Below are positions 27,535 through 37,290 of a stretch of 64,000 bases of DNA, in pieces (within the stretch, counting starts at the first letter, position 1; every line of letters starts with the position of its first letter). Source of the DNA: an uncultured Gammaproteobacteria bacterium (GTDB lineage: Bacteria; Patescibacteriota; Patescibacteriia; Magasanikbacterales; GCA-002688135); NCBI GenBank assembly GCA_964536205.1, contig CAZHVT010000002.1, forward strand, positions 1,982 to 65,981, given 5' to 3'. The translations under genes and the position numbers were made by a program. Under the pieces are notes generated by a model. It was not told the origin of the DNA. It ran no database searches and saw only the letters and a list, made by a program, of their open reading frames with translations.

Positions 27535-29424
27535 TTGAAAAATGAAGAAAAAAATGTTACGATACACTCACATATGAAATCACTCTACAAAGTTTCAGGA
27601 GTGATGGCGGTTGTGATATTACTCACAACGGTCGGTTTTTTTATTGGATTGCAAAATCCGGAGAAAACAGTGGTAGCAGAAACAAAAAAAGTAAGCAATA
27701 TCAAAGTTCAGACAGTCCAGGTAAAACGCTCTGTTTCAGATCGTCAACATAACTCCGCAAAGCAACCATCAGGATATTATCAGATGTTTTATGACCGCGC
27801 ATTGCCAACACCAAAAATCGATCAAGATATCCGTGTTGGAATCGTACCGCATCATCTATTAGTAGGTAGGTATATCGCATCTGCATTTAACGGAATGTCA
27901 TCCAAAAAAATAAAACGCGTAGTGCTCATAAGTCCAGATCATTTTGCGCGCGGAAAAACACGAGTTTCAGCTACGGTGCATCCATGGGAAACTCCATTTG
28001 GAAAATTATTGCCCGACACAAAATATATAGAATCGTTGGTGAATCATGCAGGAGTATATATCGATCCAGAACCATTTGATGGAGAACATGGAATCAGCGG
28101 GCTCGTACCATTTGTAAAAAAATCATTTCCGAACGCAAAAATAGTTCCAATTGTTGTGAGAGATGATTTATCAGAAGATGGGGAACAAAGACTTGCGCGA
28201 GCATTAGGAAATATTGATGATAAAACAATCATCATTGGATCATTCGATTTCTCACATTACGTTCCGCACAATGCAGCAGAATTTCATGACGCCACATCAC
28301 AAACAGTGTTAGAACTTCTCGATCATGAAACCGCGCGAAGATTAGATATCGATTCACAGCCAGGACTCGCAATTGTATTACGAGCAGCAAAACGACTCAA
28401 CGCACCACACTGGAATCAAGTATTGCATGCAAGTTCTGCGTCACTCAGTGAAAATCATGACACAAAAGAAAATACAAGTTACTTCGCGGGATATTTCACG
28501 AGCGGGCCAATTCCATGGCATGACAAAATCACCATGCATTTTTTCGGAGATATGATGTTTGATCGCGGCGTGCGCAATCTCATGGAAAAACATGGAAATG
28601 ATTATGTATTCCAAAATGTAGAACGTTTCATGATGGGATCAGATGTGGTTATCGGAAATTTGGAGGGTGCAATTACCACAAACAAATCAATAGCTGGAAA
28701 CCTCTCTCCACTATTATTTACATTCGATCCATCCGTCGCAGCGACAATGAAAAAATTCGGCATTACAGATGTAAGTTTGGCGAACAACCACTCAAGAAAT
28801 TTCGGACAAGATGGCCTCGATCAAACAAAACATTATTTAACAAAAGAAGGAATCAGATATTTCGGCGATCAAATCAACGAAGAGAATATTTCGTATTGGA
28901 CAGAAGTTCGTGGAACAAAAATCGGCTGGGTAGGATTTAGTGCATTTGGAGGAAAACAAAATGACGTGATTGATGAAATTCGAAGATTGCGAAACGAGGT
29001 AGATGTATTGGTCGTCATGCCGCACTGGGGAGCAGAATATAAATTAGTACATGGAAGATCACAAACTCGATTAGCTCATACGTTTATCGATTCTGGTGCT
29101 GACATGGTAATTGGAGCGCACCCACATGTCATCCAACCCATGGAAATCTACAAAGGAAAACCAATTTTCTATTCACTCGGAAATTTCGTGTTCGATCAAT
29201 ATTTTTCAAAAGATGTCACGGTAGGGTTAAGTGTTGGGGTTGAATGGGAACACAATAAAATGAAATTAAGATTATTTGTGTTACAAAACAATCAAGGAGA
29301 GATAGATCTTGCAACGCCAGAAAAACGTGATGAAATTTTAAAAAGAATATCAAAAACTTCGATTGTATCGCCTGAAGTTTCTACGCAAATTAGAAGTGGT
29401 GTGATACACTTAGAAAAAGAATAA
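27535..29424 (+). CDS. membrane-anchored fusion protein: Memo/AmmeMemoRadiSam-like N-domain + CapA (poly-gamma-glutamate synthesis, metallophosphatase) C-domain
   Basis: N-terminal TM helix. VGIVPHHLLVGR...LISPDHF resembles the Memo1 family. The C-terminus has CapA motifs (NHSRNFG, GAHPHVIQP, YSLGNFVFDQ). Confidence 0.55.
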   Translation: MKNEEKNVTIHSHMKSLYKVSGVMAVVILLTTVGFFIGLQNPEKTVVAETKKVSNIKVQTVQVKRSVSDRQHNSAKQPSGYYQMFYDRALPTPKIDQDIRVGIVPHHLLVGRYIASAFNGMSSKKIKRVVLISPDHFARGKTRVSATVHPWETPFGKLLPDTKYIESLVNHAGVYIDPEPFDGEHGISGLVPFVKKSFPNAKIVPIVVRDDLSEDGEQRLARALGNIDDKTIIIGSFDFSHYVPHNAAEFHDATSQTVLELLDHETARRLDIDSQPGLAIVLRAAKRLNAPHWNQVLHASSASLSENHDTKENTSYFAGYFTSGPIPWHDKITMHFFGDMMFDRGVRNLMEKHGNDYVFQNVERFMMGSDVVIGNLEGAITTNKSIAGNLSPLLFTFDPSVAATMKKFGITDVSLANNHSRNFGQDGLDQTKHYLTKEGIRYFGDQINEENISYWTEVRGTKIGWVGFSAFGGKQNDVIDEIRRLRNEVDVLVVMPHWGAEYKLVHGRSQTRLAHTFIDSGADMVIGAHPHVIQPMEIYKGKPIFYSLGNFVFDQYFSKDVTVGLSVGVEWEHNKMKLRLFVLQNNQGEIDLATPEKRDEILKRISKTSIVSPEVSTQIRSGVIHLEKE

Positions 29425-29461
29425 AGAATAAGAAGTAAGAAGTAAGAAGTAAGAATTTTAT

Positions 29462-31534
29462 ATGCACAATCAACTCGAAAACAATCCACACGAAAGTGGG
29501 CCAAACCAGGGAATGACTCCAGCTAAATGGGCGCTCGTCGGAGTCGCTGCGATAATTGGAATCGCCACGATTGTCGGTGGAGGTTTTTATATCGGGAAAA
29601 AAGTAGCCGAGCGAGACACAGTAACTACAAAAAAAGAAGGAAAAACAATCACTCCAAAGAAAACAGTTCAAGAAGATCCAGAGCTTGGATTTCCTGTGGT
29701 TGGTGAGCCACTGGGTTCATACAAATTTAAAGTATGCAAGCAACTTCCTGATAACAACACCGTGTATGCGGTGACATCCAGATTTGCACAACATGAACCT
29801 TTTCATGTGATATACGACGAACATTCAAATCAACTTCAAATCGATGAAGAATTTTATCCTATTACGCGTTTTCATGGCGATGAGAGTGCATCAATTGTAG
29901 ATTGCAAGTTAACAACAGAAAAATACTTTTTATCCGTAGTTGATGCTGAATTACCAGAAATACAAGTAAGAACATCGAAGCCTGAACCATCAGAACCGGA
30001 AGATGAGAAAAAAAATTCAGAGCAGGTTGTTACAGAAGTTCATGGTGCAAAAATACAACTTGAAGATATTACGTGGCAAGATAGGACAGAAGTAGAGCAA
30101 TCGCTGGTACTGAACAATCCAGAGCATTATACAGCGTACAAGGTTGGTATGGTTAATTCCGGCGAGTTCGCGGGATATGAATTGCATTACACAAATGTAC
30201 CGTGTGAATGTATGATCGGATATCCACCATGGGTGATGCTTAAAAAAGGTGATGAGCTCCGCGTTCTCAAAGAATATTCTGTAGATTCCGGACCGGATTT
30301 TGCATATAACGATAGGTTTAATTCGTACATCTTAGATCATCGACTTACTATTTCAGATTTAGTTGCTCCATACAGTATTGAATTACCGGATCTCAACACA
30401 ACATTAAAGCAGGAACGTGTTCGATTATCTGATCATAACACTGAGATACTTTTTGATGCTGCAAACATGGAGTTGTGGCGACCACACCCAGAAGTTGGAA
30501 ACATATATGTAGAAAAAACTCATCGCACCGGAGCATTTATTCTGAAAATGCCAGACGGTACAGTAGCGGAATATTCGTACCAAATCCCATTTCAAAAGGC
30601 AGATACGACAAGTGTGAGTTTTGGTGAAGTGCAAAATTTTGTGGCGTATGAGCATGGTAGTGTGGGAGGCTGTGGTTGGATGGGGTATGCTGACGTAGTA
30701 AAAGCAGATGAGGTAAGTATTCCAAAGGATCTCAAAAAAATTGGGGAAATAAATTCTGGCATCGCAACTGAAATTACCCAACGTAATATTCTCGGATACA
30801 ATGACCCACAGCATCCGCAGTTACAAGAGTTATATGGCAACAGGTCAGGTTTCGCCGAAATCACAACTGGGAAAGAGTTGAGTTATGAAGAGTATCTCGC
30901 GTTGAACCCAGTATTCTTCTGGGTAGATCCATTCGGGCGTCTAACAAGATTTATTCATCCCGCGCTGCAAGTGATGGCAGAATGTGGTAAGCCAGTAATT
31001 TATCTATATCCGAAAGAAACAACAGATGTGTCAGTGCAAGTATATCCAAATGGCGGATTCACATTCACAGAGCCAGATTATGGAAGAGGGTGGAATGTAA
31101 CGGCGCAGCCGAATGGACAACTCACAAACCACGCAGATGGAACGCAGTGGCCATATCTGTTTTGGGAAGGTCATGGTGAATCGAATGTTCCGGTTGAGAC
31201 CAGAGGATTTGTTGTGAAGGCAAGTGAAGTAGAATCAATGCTTGAAGATAAATTAGGACAACTTGGATTAAACAAACAAGAAACTGCAGATTTCAATGAA
31301 TTCTGGGTACCAAAAATGCAGCACTATCCATATTATTTCGTGACATTCTACACAAACGAATTTTTGGATTCATTAGCGCCGTTAAAAGTTAATCCACAGC
31401 CAGACTCAATTATCAGAATCATGATGGATTACAAACCACTCATGCGACCAATCCGCGTACAAGAATTGCCGATAGTCACACCAGAACGAGATGGGTTTAC
31501 ACTAGTTGAGTGGGGAGGGGTTCTGCGAAAATAA
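29462..31534 (+). CDS. hypothetical protein (690 aa), N-terminal TM anchor
   Basis: Single TM helix after a short cytoplasmic N-terminus. No recognisable domain. Confidence 0.45.
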   Translation: MHNQLENNPHESGPNQGMTPAKWALVGVAAIIGIATIVGGGFYIGKKVAERDTVTTKKEGKTITPKKTVQEDPELGFPVVGEPLGSYKFKVCKQLPDNNTVYAVTSRFAQHEPFHVIYDEHSNQLQIDEEFYPITRFHGDESASIVDCKLTTEKYFLSVVDAELPEIQVRTSKPEPSEPEDEKKNSEQVVTEVHGAKIQLEDITWQDRTEVEQSLVLNNPEHYTAYKVGMVNSGEFAGYELHYTNVPCECMIGYPPWVMLKKGDELRVLKEYSVDSGPDFAYNDRFNSYILDHRLTISDLVAPYSIELPDLNTTLKQERVRLSDHNTEILFDAANMELWRPHPEVGNIYVEKTHRTGAFILKMPDGTVAEYSYQIPFQKADTTSVSFGEVQNFVAYEHGSVGGCGWMGYADVVKADEVSIPKDLKKIGEINSGIATEITQRNILGYNDPQHPQLQELYGNRSGFAEITTGKELSYEEYLALNPVFFWVDPFGRLTRFIHPALQVMAECGKPVIYLYPKETTDVSVQVYPNGGFTFTEPDYGRGWNVTAQPNGQLTNHADGTQWPYLFWEGHGESNVPVETRGFVVKASEVESMLEDKLGQLGLNKQETADFNEFWVPKMQHYPYYFVTFYTNEFLDSLAPLKVNPQPDSIIRIMMDYKPLMRPIRVQELPIVTPERDGFTLVEWGGVLRK

Positions 31535-31592
31535 TTAGAACAAGAACACGGTCATTGGACTGTGTTTTTGTATCTTGATAAGATGAGAACCT

Positions 31593-32252
31593 ATGAAAAA
31601 GATACTAATTCTAGTTGCGATTCTCGTCGCGGTGGGGGCGCTTGTGGTCGCATTTCAAAAGAAACCAAACAAGGTTTCAGATTACCCACCAAAAGACTTG
31701 GAGGACTTATATAATCAAAAGGAGAATAAAAAAGAGGAGCCAGTTGAGGCTAACTCAAATCAACCTATGGAACGACAAACTATCGTCATGAAGACGAATC
31801 AAGGAGATATCACTATCGAATTATTTAATGATAAATCGCCAAAGACAGTAGAAAATTTTGTGAAGTTAGCGAAAGATGGATTTTATGATGGAACACGTTT
31901 TCATCGTGTGATAAAAGATTTCATGATTCAAGGCGGAGATCCACAATCAAAAGATCTCGATCTCGCAGACAGATGGGGGACTGGCGGGCCAGGCTATCAA
32001 TTCGAAGATGAATTTAATGATGAGAAATTAGTTCGTGGTTCACTTGCGATGGCAAACTCCGGGCCAAACACAAACGGCTCACAATTTTTCATCGTGACAC
32101 TTGATGCAACACCGTGGCTAGATGGGATGCATACAAATTTCGGAATGGTCACTGATGGATTAGATGTTGTATTAGGAATTGAAAAAACAGAAACTGGCGC
32201 AGGGGACCGTCCAGTCGCTGATATGCTCATCGAATCGATCGAGATTCGATAA
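31593..32252 (+). CDS. ppiB: peptidyl-prolyl cis-trans isomerase, cyclophilin type (secreted or anchored)
   Basis: Motifs FHRVIKDFMIQGGDP, GGPGYQFEDEF and GSLAMANSGPNTNGSQFFI. Confidence 0.8.
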   Translation: MKKILILVAILVAVGALVVAFQKKPNKVSDYPPKDLEDLYNQKENKKEEPVEANSNQPMERQTIVMKTNQGDITIELFNDKSPKTVENFVKLAKDGFYDGTRFHRVIKDFMIQGGDPQSKDLDLADRWGTGGPGYQFEDEFNDEKLVRGSLAMANSGPNTNGSQFFIVTLDATPWLDGMHTNFGMVTDGLDVVLGIEKTETGAGDRPVADMLIESIEIR

Positions 32253-32399
32253 TGACCAAGATGTGGTAATGACCAATGATCAAATTCCAAAAAACAAACA
32301 AAACTCAAATTCTAAATCCAAAACTCAAAAACTGACATTTGAAAATTGTAATTCGGAAATTGAAAATTCCGCACTACAAAGTAATTAGTCTTAATAAAT

Positions 32400-32978
32400 A
32401 TGAAGAATATATTAAAGATTATCATCTTACTACTCATCATGGGTGCGGTGTGGTATCTCGCATCTCCGCTATTCATCGATGAAGAAGTACATGAAGATGC
32501 GCCAGTTGCAGTTGAGACAGAAGTGAAAACAAATCTAGAAGAACAAATTCCAGATCCTGAAATGCGAGAAAAGCATGACAAAATGATGGAAGAAGTGGGC
32601 GAAGGAAAAGAAATGAAAGAAGAAGCGCCAGAAGTTGTGACCGTTCCAGCACCTACATTAAGCGGGTCATTTGCAGCGGTGGCTCATAAGGGAACAGGGA
32701 TTGCACGATTGATTCCGCAGGGCGAAATGAAATATGTTTTGCGGCTTGAGAATTTAGATGTGGATAATGGTCCTGATTTGCGTGTATTGTTATCTCCAAA
32801 CGCAGATGTGCGATCATCCGGCGATTTAGGGGAGTATCTTGAACTCGGAAAGTTAAAAGGAAATAAAGGAAATCAGAATTACGTTGTCCCAGACGGAACA
32901 GATGTATCACAGTACAAATCAGCAATTATTTATTGCAAACCATTTAAAGTTGTGTTTAATAGCGCAAATTTAAAATAA
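32400..32978 (+). CDS. DM13-domain-like exported protein
   Basis: Signal or TM segment, acidic linker, and a C-terminal region (HKGTGIARLIPQGEMKYVLRLENLDVDNGPDLRVLLS) resembling DM13. Confidence 0.4.
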   Translation: MKNILKIIILLLIMGAVWYLASPLFIDEEVHEDAPVAVETEVKTNLEEQIPDPEMREKHDKMMEEVGEGKEMKEEAPEVVTVPAPTLSGSFAAVAHKGTGIARLIPQGEMKYVLRLENLDVDNGPDLRVLLSPNADVRSSGDLGEYLELGKLKGNKGNQNYVVPDGTDVSQYKSAIIYCKPFKVVFNSANLK

Positions 32979-33007
32979 TCATCAATGTGTCATGCGAGCT
33001 AGAGATT

Positions 33008-33073
33008 GTCATCCCGGCGTAGGCCGGGATCCACGTCTCTAGAAGCATGGATCCCGGCCTTCGCCGGGATGAC
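33008..33073. repeat. 70-bp-class palindromic repeat, copy A (GTCATCCCGGCGTAGGCCGGGATCCA-N14-TGGATCCCGGCCTTCGCCGGGATGAC)
   Basis: Read directly. Each arm contains an inner CCCGGC/GCCGGG hairpin. Confidence 0.7.
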
Positions 33074-33081
33074 ATTAAAAT

Positions 33082-34305
33082 ATGAAACACGTTGTTATTC
33101 TCGGAGGGGGGTTTGGCGGAGTGGAATGTTATCGAAAGTTAACTTCAATCGCAGGCAAAAAAGTCCGCATCACCCTCATCAACCGAAACAATTATTCACT
33201 CTTCACGCCCATGTTGCACGAAGTTGCAACAGGGTCTATTTCGCGTAAAGACATTGTGCAGCCATTGCGCGAGTTCGTGAAATGCTGCCACAATCGATTT
33301 ATTGAAGCGGAGGTCACAGGGATTGATGTCAAAAAGAAAATCGTCAAAACAAATGTGAAAGATGTAGAATATGATTTTTTGGTTGTCGCATTAGGAAGTA
33401 CAACAAACTTTTTCAATTGTGAGGGTGCAAAAGAATGTGCATTTCCGCTGAAGAATATGGATGATGCAATACGATTACGAAATCACATTTTAGAACAATA
33501 CGAAAAAGCAGCAGTCACAGAAGACAAAAAAGAACGCGAAGAACGCACATCATTTGTGATTGTAGGAGGGGGATTAACCGGAGTAGAAATGGCAGGGCAA
33601 CTCGCAGACTTTATTCATGAAATGCGAGAGCTGTATCCAGAAATTCCTAAATCAGTTCCAAAAATCACATTGGTTCACGCGGGAGAGAGAATTCTCCCGC
33701 GACTCGCACCTGTCTCAAGTCGTAAAGCAAAAAAAGTATTATCAAAAAAAGGAGTTGATTGTGAATTAGAAAATCGTGTGGTTCGCCTCACGCCAAAAGT
33801 AGTTGAGCTCAAGGATGGGACAAAAATTAAAACTCGGACAACGATCTGGGCAACAGGAATCAAATCTTCATTACCAGGAATTTTACCTGCAGCTCTATTA
33901 AGTGATCGTGGATTGATTGAGGTACAAAATGATTTAACATGTCCAGAATATCCAGAAATTTTTGGTGTGGGAGATGTGGTGGCTTGGATCGGCGAAAAAG
34001 CAAATCCTCCTTCAACTGCGCAAGCAGCAACACAAGCAGGAAATATTGCAGCACAAAACATTGTAGCAACTATAAAGAAAAAAGATAAAAAAGCATTTGA
34101 ATTTAAAAGCAAAGGAGATTTGGTGCCGATCGGCGATTGGTATGGTGTTGCAGAAATTGGCCGAATAAAATTTGGCGGGAAGCTTGCGTGGTGGATGCGT
34201 CGCACGATATTTATCCAACGTCTCTGGAGTTGGACAAATCGATTGAGAGTCGTTATAGATTGGACATTCAACATTTTCAGACCACGAGATACAAGCAAAT
34301 TATAA
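33082..34305 (+). CDS. FAD-dependent pyridine nucleotide-disulfide oxidoreductase, type II NADH dehydrogenase-like
   Basis: N-terminal Rossmann VVILGGGFGGVE and a second dinucleotide-binding site FVIVGGGLTGVE. Confidence 0.7.
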   Translation: MKHVVILGGGFGGVECYRKLTSIAGKKVRITLINRNNYSLFTPMLHEVATGSISRKDIVQPLREFVKCCHNRFIEAEVTGIDVKKKIVKTNVKDVEYDFLVVALGSTTNFFNCEGAKECAFPLKNMDDAIRLRNHILEQYEKAAVTEDKKEREERTSFVIVGGGLTGVEMAGQLADFIHEMRELYPEIPKSVPKITLVHAGERILPRLAPVSSRKAKKVLSKKGVDCELENRVVRLTPKVVELKDGTKIKTRTTIWATGIKSSLPGILPAALLSDRGLIEVQNDLTCPEYPEIFGVGDVVAWIGEKANPPSTAQAATQAGNIAAQNIVATIKKKDKKAFEFKSKGDLVPIGDWYGVAEIGRIKFGGKLAWWMRRTIFIQRLWSWTNRLRVVIDWTFNIFRPRDTSKL

Positions 34306-34325
34306 AAACCCGAAAGGGTTTTTTA
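34305..34325 (+). terminator. intrinsic terminator (AAAAACCCGAAAGGGTTTTT)
   Basis: Perfect hairpin flanked by A and T runs. Confidence 0.55.
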
Positions 34326-34371
34326 AAAAACAACGAAAAATGGTATAATACCTGTCTTTAAGAAAAAAGAT

Positions 34372-35727
34372 ATGTTCGGGAGGAAGAAAAAAAAGAATAC
34401 CCATTCACATGGGAAAAAGGGTGTGTGTCATGTGATAGCAGTTGATATGGGATATGGACATGAACGTCCGGCAAATGCACTCAAAGACATTTCTCATGAT
34501 GGTGAAATTTGGGTTGCAAACAATTACAAAGGGATTCCAGCCAAAGATAAAAAAATGTGGAAGCAGGGAAGAGAATTGTATGAAAAGATTTCTCGACTCA
34601 AGCCCATCCCGATTTTAGGACATTACATTTTCGAGGCAATGGATCGCATGCAACAAATTCCGCCGTTTTATCCACATCGAGATTTATCAGAACCTACTTT
34701 TCAACTCAAGCAGCAGCATAATTTTATTAAGAAGGGATTAGGAAAACATCTCATTGAAAAATTATCAGAAAACCCTAAGCCACTGGTTTGTACATTTCCA
34801 CTCCCAGCATTTGCTGCAGAAATGTACGATTATCCAGAGGATATTTATTTGGTGTGCACGGATTCTGATATTTCACGCGCATGGGTTTCAGTTAATGCGC
34901 ACACATCACGCATCAAATATTTTGCGCCAACCGGCCGTGTCGTAGAGCGTTTACAAATGTATGGTATTCGTCGAGAAAATATCACGCATACTGGTTTTCC
35001 GATGGCAAAATCATTAATCGGAGGCTCTGAATCAACAATCATTAAAAAAGATTTACAACGAAGATTAAACAATCTCGATCCACATCGACGCTTTTTTGAT
35101 CGATATTACTCAACACTCGAAAGAGAGTTTGGAGCAAAATTCTGCAAGCGAGTAAAACCCCAAGCACCAACCATCGCATTTGCAGTAGGAGGAGCAGGAG
35201 CACAACGAGCACTCGGTATCAACATCGCAAAAAGCCTCAAAAAACAAATCATAAAAAAACAAATCAAATTAATTTTGGTAGCAGGAGCACGAAAAGAAGT
35301 TGCATCATATTTCAATAGAGAACTCAAAAAACTCAAACTAGATAAAAAAGTTGAAGTACTCTACGAAAAAGAACGTCGCGCGTATTTCAGAAAATTCGAT
35401 GAGAAATTACGACAAGTTGATATTCTTTGGACAAAACCCTCCGAACTTTCATTTTACACAGGACTCGGAATTCCTATTGTTATGTCGCCATCAGTCGGCT
35501 CGCAAGAAGAATACAATCGATTATGGTTACAACAAGTTGGCGGAGGTATAGCACAGCACGATGAAACCTATACAAGTGAGTGGCTATTCGACTGGATCAA
35601 CTCCGGAGCACTCGCACGCATGGCTTGGAATGGATATATCGAAGCTCCAACACATGGCATTTATCGCATCGAAGACACCATGCTCGGCCGCCCATCAGAA
35701 CTCCCCCCACACCCGATGATTGTCTAA
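34372..35727 (+). CDS. putative GT-B glycosyltransferase (GT28, MGDG-synthase/UgtP-like N-terminal motif)
   Basis: VIAVDMGYGHERPANAL resembles the G-x-G-H motif of MGDG-synthase/MurG-like N-domains. Weak assignment. Confidence 0.4.
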   Translation: MFGRKKKKNTHSHGKKGVCHVIAVDMGYGHERPANALKDISHDGEIWVANNYKGIPAKDKKMWKQGRELYEKISRLKPIPILGHYIFEAMDRMQQIPPFYPHRDLSEPTFQLKQQHNFIKKGLGKHLIEKLSENPKPLVCTFPLPAFAAEMYDYPEDIYLVCTDSDISRAWVSVNAHTSRIKYFAPTGRVVERLQMYGIRRENITHTGFPMAKSLIGGSESTIIKKDLQRRLNNLDPHRRFFDRYYSTLEREFGAKFCKRVKPQAPTIAFAVGGAGAQRALGINIAKSLKKQIIKKQIKLILVAGARKEVASYFNRELKKLKLDKKVEVLYEKERRAYFRKFDEKLRQVDILWTKPSELSFYTGLGIPIVMSPSVGSQEEYNRLWLQQVGGGIAQHDETYTSEWLFDWINSGALARMAWNGYIEAPTHGIYRIEDTMLGRPSELPPHPMIV

Positions 35728-35767
35728 AAATCAAAGTCAGAGTTCGAACTCCGACTTTGATTTTTAA
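35728..35767 (+). terminator. long perfect hairpin terminator (ATCAAAGTC-AGAGTTCGAACTCC-GACTTTGAT + T5)
   Basis: Read directly. Confidence 0.55.
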
Positions 35768-35896
35768 AGGATATCCACAAAAGGGTTGTATTTGTTGGGT
35801 TTTATGAGTATACTGGGTGACAAGGTTAAATAAAGGTCAACCGTGTTAATAATATTTAGATTTAAAAAGTCACATATTCATCTAATTTAAGAGATT

Positions 35897-36178
35897 ATGG
35901 CAAAGTTCACAAAGACGCAGATGCATCAAGCATTGGCAGATTTAATGGGAACAAGTAAGAAGGAAGCGGGAGAATTTTGGGAGAAGTTCGTAGAACTCAC
36001 ACTCGACCAAGTAAAGGGTGAGGGCGAAATGCCATTGCCAGGATTGGGCAAATTGGTAAAGGTTCACCGAAAGGCACGCATGGGTCGAAACCCAGCAACA
36101 GGAGAATCAATCCAAATCGCTGCAAAGACAGTTGTAAAATTCCGCGTAGCAAAAGCTGCAAAGGAAGCAGTTCTCTAA
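35897..36178 (+). CDS. hup: HU family DNA-binding protein
   Basis: 93 aa with HU signature (GFGKF-like LPGLGKLVKVHRKARMGRNPATGESIQIAAKTVVKF). Confidence 0.8.
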   Translation: MAKFTKTQMHQALADLMGTSKKEAGEFWEKFVELTLDQVKGEGEMPLPGLGKLVKVHRKARMGRNPATGESIQIAAKTVVKFRVAKAAKEAVL

Positions 36179-36210
36179 GAAAAATATTGAACTAAAAAAG
36201 AGATGCGAAA

Positions 36211-37284
36211 GTGTCTCTTTTTTGTTATACTAATGTCATGTTTGGCAGAAGACGGCGAACAATTGGAGAAAAAATTCGTAGGCTTTTTTTCTATGCCATT
36301 CTTTTGGCAATCATCGGAAGTTTTATATTCTTTTTTGTCGGAAAAGCAGAGCCAGCTGAAAATATAAAATGGGGTGTGACATATGCAAAAGAATATTCAC
36401 AGTATTTGGGTTTAGATTGGAAAGAGATGTATCTAAGTATTTTAGATGATTTACAGGTTTCACATATTCGAATCGCAATCCCATGGAAAGATATTGAACG
36501 CGAGCAGGATGTATTTACCTTCGATGATTATCATTTCATGCTTCAGGCTGCCAAAGAGCGGGGTGTGAGCGTAGTGCCAGTTATTGGACATCGCACGCCA
36601 CGATGGCCAGAATGTCATACACCAGATTGGGCAAGTGCGTTACCAGAACGAGAGTTATCAGAACGCACGTTAATATTGATTGAGAAAGAAGTAAACGAAT
36701 TCAAGCAGTACGATAATATTGCGATGTGGCAAGTTGAAAATGAGCCGCTCGTAAAATTCTTTGGAAGGTGTCCTTCAATTGCAGCAGATTTGCTAGGTCG
36801 TGAAATTGAACGTGTAAAAAGTTTAGATGGACGACCTATCATGACAACAGATTCTGGGGAGTGGGGGAAATGGGGAAAGGCTTCGGCACAAGTAGATGTG
36901 TTAGGAGTCACTATGTATCGCTGGGTTTGGAATAAATTTCCAAAGTATTTCAAATATCCATTTCCACCGATTTTCTATGCGCGTAAAGCAAGTATGCTGA
37001 AAAAAGAAAATCCAAACCTACGTGTTATCGGATCAGAATTACAAATGGAACCGTGGCTGCCAGAGCGCTCATATAACGATGTGCCACTCGACGAACAGCA
37101 TATCACCATGAACCTTACACAGTTCAAAGAAAATATAGAATTCGCAAAAAAATCTGGTTTTGATGAGCATTATTTGTGGGGCGTTGAATGGTGGTATTGG
37201 ATGAAAGAAGTAAAAGGGGATGAGAGTTTCTGGGAAGAAGGAAAGAAATTATGGATTCAAAATGAGAGTGAAATCATTAACTGA
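36211..37284 (+). CDS. putative glycoside hydrolase (clan GH-A TIM barrel), membrane anchored
   Basis: N-terminal TM helix. WQVENEP (NEP catalytic acid/base motif) and a second conserved Glu region LQMEPW. Confidence 0.45.
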   Translation: MSLFCYTNVMFGRRRRTIGEKIRRLFFYAILLAIIGSFIFFFVGKAEPAENIKWGVTYAKEYSQYLGLDWKEMYLSILDDLQVSHIRIAIPWKDIEREQDVFTFDDYHFMLQAAKERGVSVVPVIGHRTPRWPECHTPDWASALPERELSERTLILIEKEVNEFKQYDNIAMWQVENEPLVKFFGRCPSIAADLLGREIERVKSLDGRPIMTTDSGEWGKWGKASAQVDVLGVTMYRWVWNKFPKYFKYPFPPIFYARKASMLKKENPNLRVIGSELQMEPWLPERSYNDVPLDEQHITMNLTQFKENIEFAKKSGFDEHYLWGVEWWYWMKEVKGDESFWEEGKKLWIQNESEIIN

Positions 37285-37290
37285 TAACTT

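Noticed and set aside
33006-33248. 80-aa ORF (MSSRRRPGSTSLEAWIPAFAGMT...) and the similar 57393-57629 ORF (..WIPACAGMT..)
   Set aside because: Both are read-through translations of the palindromic repeat arms. Each overlaps a well-supported neighbouring gene (NDH-2-like, murJ) and has no independent coding signal.
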